From a virus, in IMG/VR virus record IMGVR_UViG_3300032236_001457, positions 37,835 to 101,834 of that record: 64,000 bases of DNA, one strand, 5' to 3'. Of the stretch, positions 20,123-30,164 are shown piece after piece. Every line of letters starts with the position of its first letter. The first letter of the stretch is position 1. The notes beneath the pieces are model-generated. The model made no database searches. It saw only the letters and a list, made by a program, of their open reading frames with translations, and was not told the DNA's origin. The translations under genes and the position numbers were made by a program.

Positions 20123-20439
20123 TTTAGATTGTATAAGGTGATGAATTTTTCAGCATCTCGTTTATGTTTGAAATGCCACATGTCCCACGCTTGCCTACTG
20201 ACATTTTCCCAAGTATCCAGTTGATGAGCGGCCCAAATCACTCGTGCGTCAAGGCTAGGTGTGCCCCACGGATTGCCGTAGTCATCAAACATGCCCCAGT
20301 CTATTTTAATTCGTAGAACCCAAGTTCGTTTAACCAATTCTAGCATTGGTTTAATTTGCGGCCCTTTATCCATGAATTCTTTTAACTCATCATAATTGGG
20401 TTGTAGCATACGAAGGGTATGACCCCAAGGTTGAGTCAT
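20110..20439 (-). CDS. hypothetical protein ending LKWAE
   Basis: WHFKHKRDAEKFITLYNLKW. Confidence 0.55.
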   Translation of the reverse strand: MTQPWGHTLRMLQPNYDELKEFMDKGPQIKPMLELVKRTWVLRIKIDWGMFDDYGNPWGTPSLDARVIWAAHQLDTWENVSRQAWDMWHFKHKRDAEKFITLYNLKWAE

Positions 20440-20903
20440 GGCTTGCGTGGTTTTTTATTATAACGTCGAGGTTTATTGGACTTGGAATCTTTAAGAACCA
20501 GCGGTGGAAGAACCGCGGTTTGTTGAGATCTTTCCATAGCAGCATGAATTTCTTCCGGAGTAGGATCATCTGATTCTTCATCTCCGTCAAAAAAGTCAGC
20601 AGTCCTGCCGAGATCAAACCCAGTCTTTGCCAATACCTTTCTATCTGCAGTGTCATCAAGTCCACGCAAACCACCAACCGGACCCTGATCGTCTTGACTA
20701 ATAGTTTCCCAGGTTCGCACTTCAATTAAGGGTTCAATGTGACTGTCCACAGCGATAACATAATGTTCTACGGTAGGATCAAACCCTTCAAATTTGAGAT
20801 TGAACCGATGAATGATTCGTCCCTGGCATGGAACATCGTTACGAACATAGATGCCATAAATCCAAACTGTTTCGCCGATGCTATATCGTTTTCGAATAGT
20901 CAT
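20436..20903 (-). CDS. hypothetical protein
   Basis: Coupled ORF. Confidence 0.55.
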   Translation of the reverse strand: MTIRKRYSIGETVWIYGIYVRNDVPCQGRIIHRFNLKFEGFDPTVEHYVIAVDSHIEPLIEVRTWETISQDDQGPVGGLRGLDDTADRKVLAKTGFDLGRTADFFDGDEESDDPTPEEIHAAMERSQQTAVLPPLVLKDSKSNKPRRYNKKPRKP

Positions 20904-21064
20904 GCTTCGGCCTGTTCGCGGGTCTTGGTCTCCAGCAGATCCTTGACAAATTTAACTGCCTTCCGATCCGTGTCGTAGACGTATTCTTCATCTTCGTCCT
21001 CATCGGTTCGCAAGGTCACAATGACCCCATTCTTAACCTTGCGAATTTCAATACTTTCGAACAT
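20900..21064 (-). CDS. 54-aa hypothetical protein (MFESIEIRKVKNG...)
   Basis: Manual translation, AAAGGT SD upstream, ATGA overlap. Confidence 0.55.
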   Translation of the reverse strand: MFESIEIRKVKNGVIVTLRTDEDEDEEYVYDTDRKAVKFVKDLLETKTREQAEA

Positions 21065-21079
21065 CATAAGTAAACCTTT

Positions 21080-21814
21080 TTATTTTGGTACGCTAAGGTT
21101 ATAGTTGAAATGAAAGATACCAATATGTGATGTTTCACGACTGAGTTCCTGATCACACCAAATCTCATAACCTGCTTTTTGTGCCTGTTGACAGAAGAAA
21201 ATATCCTCACCAATCTCAAGATTAAGACTAGGAACATATTCTTGCAAGTAGTGTGGGTGAGGAATCTTCTCGTAAACTTCACGTTTAACCATAACCAATC
21301 CGTGTGGCAGAACGTCAATCAATTCCATAGCCGGGCTGTTATCAGTTGTTTGAAACTCAGTAAATTGTCCGCTTTTACCCATCATACCAGTAAAGTTTGG
21401 ATTAGGGAAGCGCCGACGACGATAGTTAGCACCAACAATGTCTTTGTTACGTTGAAGCAGTCTTACTGGAGCGTCAATTGGAAACTTCATATCACTGTCA
21501 ACCCAAAAGATATAATCAAAGTCTGACTTCAAAAAGATATCAACCAAGTTGCGACGAGCAATAGTAATCACCGAACCGATGTTAAAGGCACAGTTGATTT
21601 TGATATTGTGTGCTACCATGTTGGCAGCAGCCATAGCTAGGTGTTGAGCAAATTCAGCATTAACCATTTCCATAGCAGGAACTGCAATCATTACGCTAGG
21701 GGGACGGCCTTTTGGGGCAGCACCAGGAGCATTGATAGCACCCTGAGTAGGTGGTGGCATAGTCTTCGGTTGTGCCGAGCGACTGGGAATATTCAATTTA
21801 CCTTTATTTTTCAT
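21080..21814 (-). CDS. GT-A fold glycosyltransferase-like protein
   Basis: ARRNLV, FWVDSD (DxD), GEDIFFC, HIG. Confidence 0.7.
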   Translation of the reverse strand: MKNKGKLNIPSRSAQPKTMPPPTQGAINAPGAAPKGRPPSVMIAVPAMEMVNAEFAQHLAMAAANMVAHNIKINCAFNIGSVITIARRNLVDIFLKSDFDYIFWVDSDMKFPIDAPVRLLQRNKDIVGANYRRRRFPNPNFTGMMGKSGQFTEFQTTDNSPAMELIDVLPHGLVMVKREVYEKIPHPHYLQEYVPSLNLEIGEDIFFCQQAQKAGYEIWCDQELSRETSHIGIFHFNYNLSVPK

Positions 21815-21882
21815 TTCATTCCTTAGATGTTGTAATTGTATGAGGTTATTGTGTCAAGAGCAATGACTAATTTGCTCAAAGT

Positions 21883-22569
21883 TTAACCATGTCCTTTCAT
21901 GCTGAGACAGATGTCGTAGAACTCTTTCTTTAGGGCAGGGTCGGTTCCGAATGCCCCTAGCATGATAGCAGTGGTCATGTCCGATTCATGTTCACGAACA
22001 CCACGCATTGTCATGCAATGATGCTCGGCTTTGACCACAACAGCAATATTTTCTGTCTTAGCATATTGTCGCAGTGCTTCGGCAATCTGTGTGGTCATTT
22101 CTTCCTGGATCTGTGGTCGTTCGCAAATATGGTGGACTAGTCTGTTAAACTTACTTAGTCCAATGACCTCCTGCTCTGGCACAATTCCGACCCAGCATTT
22201 GCCTACGATATTCTGAAAATGATGGGCACAGGTGCTGCGAACACTGATTGGCCCTGTGGTATATAGACTTTTGTATCCCATATTAGGAAATGCTGTTACC
22301 TTAGGAATGTTCCTATAACGACCGCTAAATGTTTCACGCACAAACATTTTGGCTACACGACGAGCAGTATCTTGTGTGTTGTGATCATTGTCTGTGTCAA
22401 TGATGAGACTAGAGAGAACACCTTGGAATCGTTCTGCTACTTCGTCTACCAGTTGATCAATTTCTTCTTCGTCTTCAATGAATTCTGCAATGTTGTCGTT
22501 ACAGTGAAACCGGGCATTTGCTGCCTTGATGCGGGCGCGAATTACTTCGCTGATGTATTTGTCACTCAT
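21883..22569 (-). CDS. folE: GTP cyclohydrolase I
   Basis: STCAHHF, GLSKF, RPQIQE, HHCMTMRG. Confidence 0.95.
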   Translation of the reverse strand: MSDKYISEVIRARIKAANARFHCNDNIAEFIEDEEEIDQLVDEVAERFQGVLSSLIIDTDNDHNTQDTARRVAKMFVRETFSGRYRNIPKVTAFPNMGYKSLYTTGPISVRSTCAHHFQNIVGKCWVGIVPEQEVIGLSKFNRLVHHICERPQIQEEMTTQIAEALRQYAKTENIAVVVKAEHHCMTMRGVREHESDMTTAIMLGAFGTDPALKKEFYDICLSMKGHG

Positions 22570-22611
22570 TTATTATTCTCCGATGTTAAGGCAGAGGATT
22601 GCCAATTGTTT

Positions 22612-22640
22612 ATTTTAAACGATTATTTAGGCTGTGTCAA
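22612..22640 (-). promoter_or_regulatory. sigma70-type promoter of folE
   Basis: TTGACA-17 bp-TAAAAT. Confidence 0.7.
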
Positions 22641-22649
22641 CCATAGAAC

Positions 22650-22702
22650 AACAAAAAGAAAGTGCCATTGTTTACAGGATTCGTTTCTGTAAACAATGGC
22701 AC
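22650..22702 (-). terminator. intrinsic terminator after rubredoxin
   Basis: 16-bp perfect inverted repeat (22662-22677/22687-22702) followed by TTTCTTTTTG on minus strand. Confidence 0.8.
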
Positions 22703-22723
22703 AGCGATTAATAAAAAGTTAAG

Positions 22724-22864
22724 TTAGACTAACTCAAAGTCTTGTTTTCCAACTCCGCATTCTGGGCAGGCATAGTCTTCTGGTAAATCTTCCCAAGGCC
22801 CGTGATTTTCTTCAGAATGAATATAACCGCAGACAATGCAAACGTGTTCTTGTTGTTCAGTCAT
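22724..22864 (-). CDS. rubredoxin (46 aa)
   Basis: Manual translation MTEQQEHVCIVCGYIH...WEDLPEDYACPECGVGKQDF; missed by ORF track. Confidence 0.9.
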   Translation of the reverse strand: MTEQQEHVCIVCGYIHSEENHGPWEDLPEDYACPECGVGKQDFELV

Positions 22865-23318
22865 GATGTAGTAATACCTCCAATTGTTGTTGATAAGCAG
22901 CAGCGTGTCTCTGTTCCACGCTCTTCAATGCAGCAAATCTTTTCTCTGCTTTAGCCAGCACAGCCTTAAATTCTTCAGCATGTTCCTGACTTTCGGCGAT
23001 TTGATCAACCATTTCTTTTTCGGCCAACTCATTGCCTTCGTAAACAGCGTCATCTCTAAAATTTGGATACATTGTGGTGAACTCGTAAGTTTCACCTGCA
23101 ATGGCTTTTTCCAAACATTCTTTAGTCGATGGGCGACCAACCAGCAGTTCCAAGTGACCCCACGCATGTTTGAGTTCTTGATCTGCGGTGTGTTCAAAGT
23201 GTTGAGCAATATCTTCGTGACCTTCTTCACGAGCAATACGGGCAAAGTAGCGATATTTGACATGTGCCATAGATTCGCCTGCCAGTGCGCTTTCTAAATT
23301 CTTTAATGTAGCTGACAT
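22857..23318 (-). CDS. rubrerythrin family ferritin-like protein
   Basis: AGESMA, EEG, QELKHA, GETYE, EQRH diiron motifs. Confidence 0.9.
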   Translation of the reverse strand: MSATLKNLESALAGESMAHVKYRYFARIAREEGHEDIAQHFEHTADQELKHAWGHLELLVGRPSTKECLEKAIAGETYEFTTMYPNFRDDAVYEGNELAEKEMVDQIAESQEHAEEFKAVLAKAEKRFAALKSVEQRHAAAYQQQLEVLLHHD

Positions 23319-23451
23319 ACAAGTGATCTCCTTAAAGTGTGTGTTGTCTTACATATATTATATATGCTTTTAATACCGGAGATCAAGTGGATTTTCACTA
23401 GTTTTGTTAAGGATAATTTCTATAACTATTATAGGAAAAGTCAATAACGAT

Positions 23452-24093
23452 TTAAATTGTTCCAGGGTCAATTCGCCCCAGTTGATCAAATCCCCATTGC
23501 CGTTCATTGCAACCGTTGCAGGATCCGCACTTACCGGGCATGTTACAACTGTGGGTAAGTTCAAATAATTTTTCTTGATTGAAATGGTAAATCAAATCTA
23601 CTATGTGGCTTTTGTTTAGATCTTTAAATGGATATTTACGAGTTTCTGTTTCTGTCCATTTTATTGGGTCTCTCCAACCTATAGTATGTATAGCCAGTTC
23701 TTCGATTAATCCTAAGTATAAAATATTTGATTTTTCTAGCACATCGGCGCACCCAGATTCTACCTGTAAGGATTCTGGTAAGGCAGGGTCTCCTGCAATC
23801 TCGGTCGATAGGTGAGGTAAATTGAATTGATCGTGAACATAGTCAATTACGGATTGAGCGAATTGACAAGATCCGTCTTTTCTAAGAATAGTATAAGGAG
23901 TAATCTTATGTGTAAGACCTTGTTCTATGTTTAGTTTCACTAACAAATAATAAAGTAAGGCACTATCCATTCCTCCACTTATCAATATGCCAACCCGTCT
24001 TCTTAATGGGTTTAGGTAAATTTTTAAGATTTTTCGGTTGATGGAGGGACCGCATTCGACTACAATTTTGTTTTTAATATTAAGAGGAAACAT
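23452..24093 (-). CDS. QueC-like PP-loop ATPase
   Basis: ISGGMDS, KSHIV, THSC...CGSCNGCNER. Confidence 0.7.
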   Translation of the reverse strand: MFPLNIKNKIVVECGPSINRKILKIYLNPLRRRVGILISGGMDSALLYYLLVKLNIEQGLTHKITPYTILRKDGSCQFAQSVIDYVHDQFNLPHLSTEIAGDPALPESLQVESGCADVLEKSNILYLGLIEELAIHTIGWRDPIKWTETETRKYPFKDLNKSHIVDLIYHFNQEKLFELTHSCNMPGKCGSCNGCNERQWGFDQLGRIDPGTI

Positions 24094-24106
24094 TTAATAT
24101 GTAGAG

Positions 24107-24961
24107 TTATATTTTATTTGTTATTATTTTTAACATAGGTGATTGCAGTTTTTTTTCGTAAGGATGTCTTAGTAATAGATCAAAAACTCTACGACTAATA
24201 TTCCTAGAAATCATTAATTTATGTTTCGGAGTTATCAAGTTCATGTAATGCTGATCATAGTAATCTTTAACTTTTTCAAATCCTGTATACTTTTGATCTT
24301 GGGGAATAACAGGATATCCGCCTAGATGATAACATTTCGTGTCGTGTATATATCCATCTGTTGTCGATGACAATTGTTGAACTATTTTTTCAAAAGAATA
24401 TGCCAGCTCGGGTGTTGCTAAAAAGAAAAATGGAACTATCGATGTATTGGAAATTTCAGAATATCTTTTTATTCCTAACTGGGTATAATCTATCGGGACC
24501 ATGGAATTAACAATGTAATTACCACTAAAAATTCTGGTTCCTGAATCTACTAAGCTAGCAATCTTCATATGTACACAAATCTGAGGGCTGCTACAATGAT
24601 ATTCAGTTGCCCAATTATCATATTCGTTGTCTAAAAAGCCAAATAGATCAAAATTTATAAATGTTATAGGTATATGATAAAGAGAGGAAAATTCTTCAAT
24701 GTTTTTTAAATCATAATCATTTAAATTATGATTGTATCTAGCAGATAATGTATTAAATTTATGTCCAGACATGTGCCAGGCCCATAGCATAGCCTGGCTA
24801 TCGATGCCACCACTTAACATTAGTGTATATGGTGGGGGATAGTTTTCTACAATATAATTGACCGTGTATATTCCGGCATCGACCGGAAACATGTCATTAA
24901 CGTTTGCTGTAAAGTCTAATGTTATTTGATTATTAGTATTCTCAAATCGAACCCAATTCAT
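24107..24961 (-). CDS. adenine-nucleotide alpha-hydrolase (PP-loop) family protein
   Basis: LMLSGGIDSQ; likely start MNWVRF at 24961. Confidence 0.6.
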   Translation of the reverse strand: MNWVRFENTNNQITLDFTANVNDMFPVDAGIYTVNYIVENYPPPYTLMLSGGIDSQAMLWAWHMSGHKFNTLSARYNHNLNDYDLKNIEEFSSLYHIPITFINFDLFGFLDNEYDNWATEYHCSSPQICVHMKIASLVDSGTRIFSGNYIVNSMVPIDYTQLGIKRYSEISNTSIVPFFFLATPELAYSFEKIVQQLSSTTDGYIHDTKCYHLGGYPVIPQDQKYTGFEKVKDYYDQHYMNLITPKHKLMISRNISRRVFDLLLRHPYEKKLQSPMLKIITNKI

Positions 24962-24965
24962 TTCA

Positions 24966-26612
24966 TTAGCAGGTGCAATTTTTCCTTGTTGCCGGTGTTT
25001 TACAAGTGCTACTATTACAAGGGGTTGAGGTACAATCATTAGTGCAACTAATACCGGTTAAAATTCCAGTAGGACACGCAGAATTGTTAGAGCAATTAGC
25101 GGCATCTAAGTTAATTTGTAAAATAGGATCACCAGCAGGAACTTGAGTTTTATCAAACTCGGGACTTAATATTGCTATAACCAAAGTAGTATCTCTTACT
25201 ACATCGTTGGTATCGGTAATTCTTACCAACGAATTAAAAATCTGATAACTACTACTAATTGAGTCGGCAATACCTCCAATTTGGCCACTAGTCATGATAT
25301 AAAAGCCAGGGGGTAATGGATTGATAATTTCTACATGTTTGGTAATTTGAGGGTTGTAAATTTGTCCTATTATTTTGTTAGAACCAACGTAGGTATGAAA
25401 CTCGTAGTAATCTAGGTCAATACTCTCATGTAGTAGTTTATTAATTAATGTAGAAATACGATTTGTAGAATTGGCATATTTAGGATCTGATAAATCCATC
25501 AGACCTCGACGAAGCATACTAATTTCTGACAACTGAAAAATGGATCCGGGTTGAAACACTCCTGGCTTTGTATTTCCACCAAGAAGTATATCTGATGTAT
25601 TATACGCCAATACACAGCTATGAATTGCTGCCGATATACTAGTTCCTGAACAATATCCATAACTTCCATCTAATGCTGCTACCCAAATTTGCTCTCCCGG
25701 AGCCCATCCATTTAGCTGACCGCTGTTAACTGTATTGGCAGTATTACTAATCACCGATGAATTAGAATAGTTTGAAAAATCGCTAGGTTCAAAATTGAGA
25801 CCATATGACCCAATGGTCAATACTTCGGGCATGGATGCTGGAGTTACTGTTTCAATAGGCACTCCGCTATTGCCAGCTGATGCTACAACAGAAATTCCCT
25901 GACTAATTAATTTTAGAAACTTGCTTTCGATATAGCTATTTTTAGCAATGTGCCAGCTACAATTTAATATAGCAGCCTGGTTATTATTATTTGAAAAATC
26001 CCCTAAAATAGAATCTAGAGCATTCAACATATCACTTTGTTTTGTTGGTTGATTTTTATCAAATATTTTTACAATTTTCAAAGTAGCATTACTTAGTCCA
26101 CAGGTTTTTCCTGAAATAATACTAGCGATAGCAGTGCCGTGGCCACTTGTATCAGTATAATTATCTGTGATTGAAAATAAATTTACAATGGTAGAATCTG
26201 AAAATTCTGTATGTGTTTCTTCTATACCGCTATCCATAATATAAACTGATACTCCGTTTCCTTTTCGGCTTACATTTACAGTTGGATTATCAAAATCGGG
26301 ATCTAATAACACATAATTTTTCCACCAATCTTTTTCATCTGTAGTTGATATAGTAGAGGATGGGTAGTTAGGGTTAGGCAAGTGATAGTATTGATTAACA
26401 GAAACAATTTCTCCGAGTGGGGATATTGTAATGTCATCGTCATTTATAATAGATTCAACAATGCCGGTAGTTGGAGGTGTGGATTCACTATTGACCAGAT
26501 ATACTCTTAAAAAACTATTGTATATTTTAATAATCTCGCATTTATTTTCTGCAAAATAATCAGTAATATCGCTATCATTTGCTACAGCAGCAAAGTCTAT
26601 AATAAATTTCAT
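24966..26612 (-). CDS. subtilisin-like S8 peptidase with Cys-rich C-terminal tail
   Basis: MDSG, GHGT, SAGN, SGTS catalytic motifs; 8 Cys in last ~42 aa. Confidence 0.85.
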   Translation of the reverse strand: MKFIIDFAAVANDSDITDYFAENKCEIIKIYNSFLRVYLVNSESTPPTTGIVESIINDDDITISPLGEIVSVNQYYHLPNPNYPSSTISTTDEKDWWKNYVLLDPDFDNPTVNVSRKGNGVSVYIMDSGIEETHTEFSDSTIVNLFSITDNYTDTSGHGTAIASIISGKTCGLSNATLKIVKIFDKNQPTKQSDMLNALDSILGDFSNNNNQAAILNCSWHIAKNSYIESKFLKLISQGISVVASAGNSGVPIETVTPASMPEVLTIGSYGLNFEPSDFSNYSNSSVISNTANTVNSGQLNGWAPGEQIWVAALDGSYGYCSGTSISAAIHSCVLAYNTSDILLGGNTKPGVFQPGSIFQLSEISMLRRGLMDLSDPKYANSTNRISTLINKLLHESIDLDYYEFHTYVGSNKIIGQIYNPQITKHVEIINPLPPGFYIMTSGQIGGIADSISSSYQIFNSLVRITDTNDVVRDTTLVIAILSPEFDKTQVPAGDPILQINLDAANCSNNSACPTGILTGISCTNDCTSTPCNSSTCKTPATRKNCTC

Positions 26613-26893
26613 ATCGATTCTTCCTGTGATTTATCAACAATAGGTATACTTTTCCACTTACCGATCGGGCAAGATTGAGAGGGCATATAAGTTTTAACAG
26701 CCATAAAGCATCCGCATTTTTTACAATTGTTCGTTGGAGTAAATAGCCACTCGCATTTTTTACAGATATCATATCTGGAATTTCTTTCGTCTTCTGATAA
26801 CTTTATCTTTTCCCACTCTATTTCTGCAGCGAAGGCGGCCTCTTCGGCTTTTTCTGCAAGTTGAGTTATTTTATTTTTTAATGCGTTTAACAC
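26609..26893 (-). CDS. small Cys-rich metal-binding protein (DUF6171-like)
   Basis: CKKC...CKKCGCF...CPIGKW; TATAAATA at 26913-26920. Confidence 0.65.
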   Translation of the reverse strand: MLNALKNKITQLAEKAEEAAFAAEIEWEKIKLSEDERNSRYDICKKCEWLFTPTNNCKKCGCFMAVKTYMPSQSCPIGKWKSIPIVDKSQEESI

Positions 26894-26939
26894 TATACTT
26901 TCCTTGTATACGTATTTATATCGGATACCGAGATGTTTT

Positions 26940-27596
26940 TTAGTTTTTAAAATACTGTTTTACTGTCACAGGATGTAAAGTTATATCGGTTGTTAGGCTC
27001 TCCTTGTTTTCTTTTTGATATATAGTTCCAGAAAAAAATGTGTTAAATGCTACAGTATATCTAGCATATGAATCAAGATTAGGGCGAGTTCCGTGTATCA
27101 ATGAACTAGGAAATAATATTAGTTTTCCCTTTTCTGGTCTAACCTTTCCGGTTAGTGTAGTAGGATGATCCGCTAGATCTTTTTCTATATCTTTGCTAGC
27201 ACGAAGAAGATCTGTTTTACCTATTTCGAAAAATGGATTTTTGTAATAAAACATCGTCTCTGCTTTTTCATGCGTAGTAAGATAGAATATACCGCTTATT
27301 ACCGCATTAGAGTGCAAATGTATATGATGTTTTTCTAGTTTAGAGGATTTATTTACCCAACAAGATACGATTGGCAATGATATTTCATCTTTATAGTAAA
27401 TCTTACTGACCTGATCTACACACTGGTCAAACCATTCGAACAATTTTTCATGGTAAAACCGATCTCGATCTGCTATTTTATTATCGGTGTTTTTTACAAA
27501 AACGGATGATACAGCATGATTGTAAATTTCTTCAGTCAGTAACTCATCGCAATAAAATTCGTAAATCGGTATTGATAATAGATTAACAATGTTCAT
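26940..27596 (-). CDS. putative 2OG-Fe(II) oxygenase
   Basis: WVN, HLHSN, SGIFY, LILFPSSLIH, R..VAFN. Confidence 0.8.
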   Translation of the reverse strand: MNIVNLLSIPIYEFYCDELLTEEIYNHAVSSVFVKNTDNKIADRDRFYHEKLFEWFDQCVDQVSKIYYKDEISLPIVSCWVNKSSKLEKHHIHLHSNAVISGIFYLTTHEKAETMFYYKNPFFEIGKTDLLRASKDIEKDLADHPTTLTGKVRPEKGKLILFPSSLIHGTRPNLDSYARYTVAFNTFFSGTIYQKENKESLTTDITLHPVTVKQYFKN

Positions 27597-27637
27597 AAAT
27601 TTTAAAACTCATATATAATCAAAAAGTAAATATCTGT

Positions 27638-28096
27638 ATGGTAATAAAGATTACATGGAAAGAAATATACAATATATGGCACGACTATCTTTGGCCAAAT
27701 AGATTCAGCCCTATCGAACCTGTTAGCGCCATGTGCTACCCTAACGGATACAATATAATCAATATGCAATCAATTCCCACTTTCTATGGTTATATTATAA
27801 ATGATAAAATTATAGCTGTCAATAGCGGTCATTCTTGCCCTAATCAAAATAATTACAGGTCTAGAGGGTTATGGGTCGATCCTGATTATAGGGGAAAAGG
27901 TATAGCTCAACAACTATTAACAGCTACGATTGAACAAGGACAACAAGAAGGATATACACAAATATGGAGTTATCCTAGACAGTCTAGTTGGCCTACGTAT
28001 AGAGCAGTAGGGTTCGAATTGACCAGTGCATGGGAAACTAGTGAGACCAGTGAAGCCAACGCTTATTGTGTATATTCGTCACCGTTACGGCTATGA
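27638..28096 (+). CDS. GNAT acetyltransferase
   Basis: LWVDPDYRGKGIAQQLL, YRAVGF. Confidence 0.85.
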   Translation: MVIKITWKEIYNIWHDYLWPNRFSPIEPVSAMCYPNGYNIINMQSIPTFYGYIINDKIIAVNSGHSCPNQNNYRSRGLWVDPDYRGKGIAQQLLTATIEQGQQEGYTQIWSYPRQSSWPTYRAVGFELTSAWETSETSEANAYCVYSSPLRL

Positions 28097-28854
28097 TATT
28101 TTTTCTCCGGATCGAATCTTTCAAACTGCTCATAGCTGGGCTCACCGGGCAACACTCTTTTACCCACAAAATATTCGCCAATATGATTAATGTAATTCTT
28201 ACCTTGACTATTTTTAATCAACGCACCTACCAATCCAAGGCCCTCATGCAGTGCTTTACCGGTCATACCTTCATTGTAATTAACCGAACCCATGTTTAAT
28301 TCTGGATAACGAGTTTCGTAAAATGCATGATAGTCATAACGAGAACGGTCTATAGGATATAGACTGGCCATAGGACTGAATAACACACTACCTTTTTCAT
28401 ATCTGTAATTACCAAACGTCCAGTCTGTGGGTAATGCTGCTGATTCATTTTCACCATAATACCATGCCTGCCTCTTGAGAACAACCTGGCTTAGATCTTT
28501 ATCTAACTGTAGTAGGGTTATGAGATCCTTAACCTTAACTGGTTCTAATATTTCTACATCGTCTTCTTGATGCCAAACATAGTCATAATCCCGATCTCTA
28601 ATCAATTTCCAAAATTCACTCCAGGTAGAGCTAAGACCTTGGTTGACTTCGTGTAGATAGATTTCATTGTAACCGAAACATTTTACCAATTCGGTAATCA
28701 TTACATTGTTTCGATCTTTTGGAAAATCATCAAAAAATATTTTGTCTACTTGACAATCACCAAAATCTAAATGACGTTGAGCAGCCAGCGTTCTAGTTAG
28801 GTATTCTATTCTGTTGGTAGAAAAGATTACTTGACAGATTTTATATGACATCAA
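28063..28854 (-). CDS. GT-A glycosyltransferase-like protein
   Basis: FFDD, WHQEDD, HIG. Confidence 0.65.
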   Translation of the reverse strand: MMSYKICQVIFSTNRIEYLTRTLAAQRHLDFGDCQVDKIFFDDFPKDRNNVMITELVKCFGYNEIYLHEVNQGLSSTWSEFWKLIRDRDYDYVWHQEDDVEILEPVKVKDLITLLQLDKDLSQVVLKRQAWYYGENESAALPTDWTFGNYRYEKGSVLFSPMASLYPIDRSRYDYHAFYETRYPELNMGSVNYNEGMTGKALHEGLGLVGALIKNSQGKNYINHIGEYFVGKRVLPGEPSYEQFERFDPEKKYHSRNGDEYTQ

Positions 28855-29399
28855 CGTCTCTCAGTATCAAAGAAAAAAGTCTGAAATAACCGACAGTTTT
28901 CGGGTTGATCACCGAAATAGTCTAAGCTAGCGTGAAATAAGTCTCCACGATACAGGATCAATCGATTATATCTATTACCAATTCTGTCAAACAGGTCCCA
29001 TTTGGTATAATCGTATCCTTCCCAATCGGTTGTTTCTCTGCGGTGTTGACCTGTGGCCTTATGCCTAAATAATCCCGTTCCTCCTGTATGCGGAGCATCC
29101 GGAGTTAGATAGCATACACCTGCCCACATGTTATATGGATCGCTATGCACCCAAGTTCTATCCTGTGCTGTAGTTAGTTGAAATGCTCCTGTATATCCTG
29201 AGCTTTCATAGGTATTAGTAATCTTTCCAGCAAATTGCATGTGGTGTTCAATAGCCGATCGAACATCGTCGGTAAAAAACGGCACGGTTCTTGAACCTGG
29301 AAAATTCCCCCGCACTTTAAATTCTTGGGATAGTGCAAATGATCTTACACCGTCGGGATTAGAATAAAAGTTGTCAACAACAATAAGTGTTACTTCCAT
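28851..29399 (-). CDS. 2OG-Fe(II) oxygenase-like (DUF6445-like)
   Basis: VVDNFY, WVHSD, GGTGLF, NRLILY..FH, RLFQTFF. Confidence 0.7.
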   Translation of the reverse strand: MEVTLIVVDNFYSNPDGVRSFALSQEFKVRGNFPGSRTVPFFTDDVRSAIEHHMQFAGKITNTYESSGYTGAFQLTTAQDRTWVHSDPYNMWAGVCYLTPDAPHTGGTGLFRHKATGQHRRETTDWEGYDYTKWDLFDRIGNRYNRLILYRGDLFHASLDYFGDQPENCRLFQTFFFDTERR

Positions 29400-29402
29400 A
29401 AT

Positions 29403-30164
29403 TTAATATCTCATAAATTGGCCACCGGCACCTAACCACCCGGTTATTTGCCAATCAGTTTCGATGACATCATTGACCCAAGGGCGGGTTAAATGATAAG
29501 TCAGTGTTTCAATATCCAGTGTTCTCATTCGTTCGCTATCTAACATATATGGGACAGCAGTCAGTAGGTCCAACATTCTATTGTGATATCCACTGCCCCA
29601 TCCGTAGAATATGGTGCAATATTGTCTCAGCTCGTTATCGCCCTGTTCAGCTCGCCGATCTACGATACCATATCTCCAATTGTCATCCCAAGGCCATCTC
29701 AGTGGATGTTTAAAAAACAACCGATTGACATTGTGTTCATTGAGCAATGAGTCATTGAAACTGCGGTTTAAGAAATATCTACCACTGACTTTGAAAAAAT
29801 AATCAAACTCTTTTAGTTCTCGTTGATATGCTCGTATGAACGTGGCCATTAACAGTGTTTCACAGAAACTTTTATTTTTGTGTGTTGTAATGGATTCGTG
29901 TATTTCTGGGAATTCTTTTTTAATACTAACATATTTGACATTGGGTTGCCAACTAAAAAAGTTTTCGTAGAGATGATAATTTTCGCTGGTGTCTACGATA
30001 TAGATCTGTGTATCTGTTGGACTGACAGTATCTATGCTGGACACTGTCATTACTGTTTGTCTTAATCGTTCTTCTGTAGAAAAATAACTTCTGGTCTGAC
30101 TATAACTCAATGGATAGTTGTTGTCAACTTCGATACTGCTGGTAACTATAAATGCTTTTTTCAT
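29403..30164 (-). CDS. hypothetical glycan-associated protein
   Basis: ERLRQT, FKVSGRY; context among GTs. Confidence 0.5.
   Translation of the reverse strand: MKKAFIVTSSIEVDNNYPLSYSQTRSYFSTEERLRQTVMTVSSIDTVSPTDTQIYIVDTSENYHLYENFFSWQPNVKYVSIKKEFPEIHESITTHKNKSFCETLLMATFIRAYQRELKEFDYFFKVSGRYFLNRSFNDSLLNEHNVNRLFFKHPLRWPWDDNWRYGIVDRRAEQGDNELRQYCTIFYGWGSGYHNRMLDLLTAVPYMLDSERMRTLDIETLTYHLTRPWVNDVIETDWQITGWLGAGGQFMRY

Noticed and set aside
22570-22610. Riboswitch in the folE leader
   Set aside because: Only a 4-bp hairpin in a ~35-nt leader; no preQ1 or THF aptamer consensus recognisable
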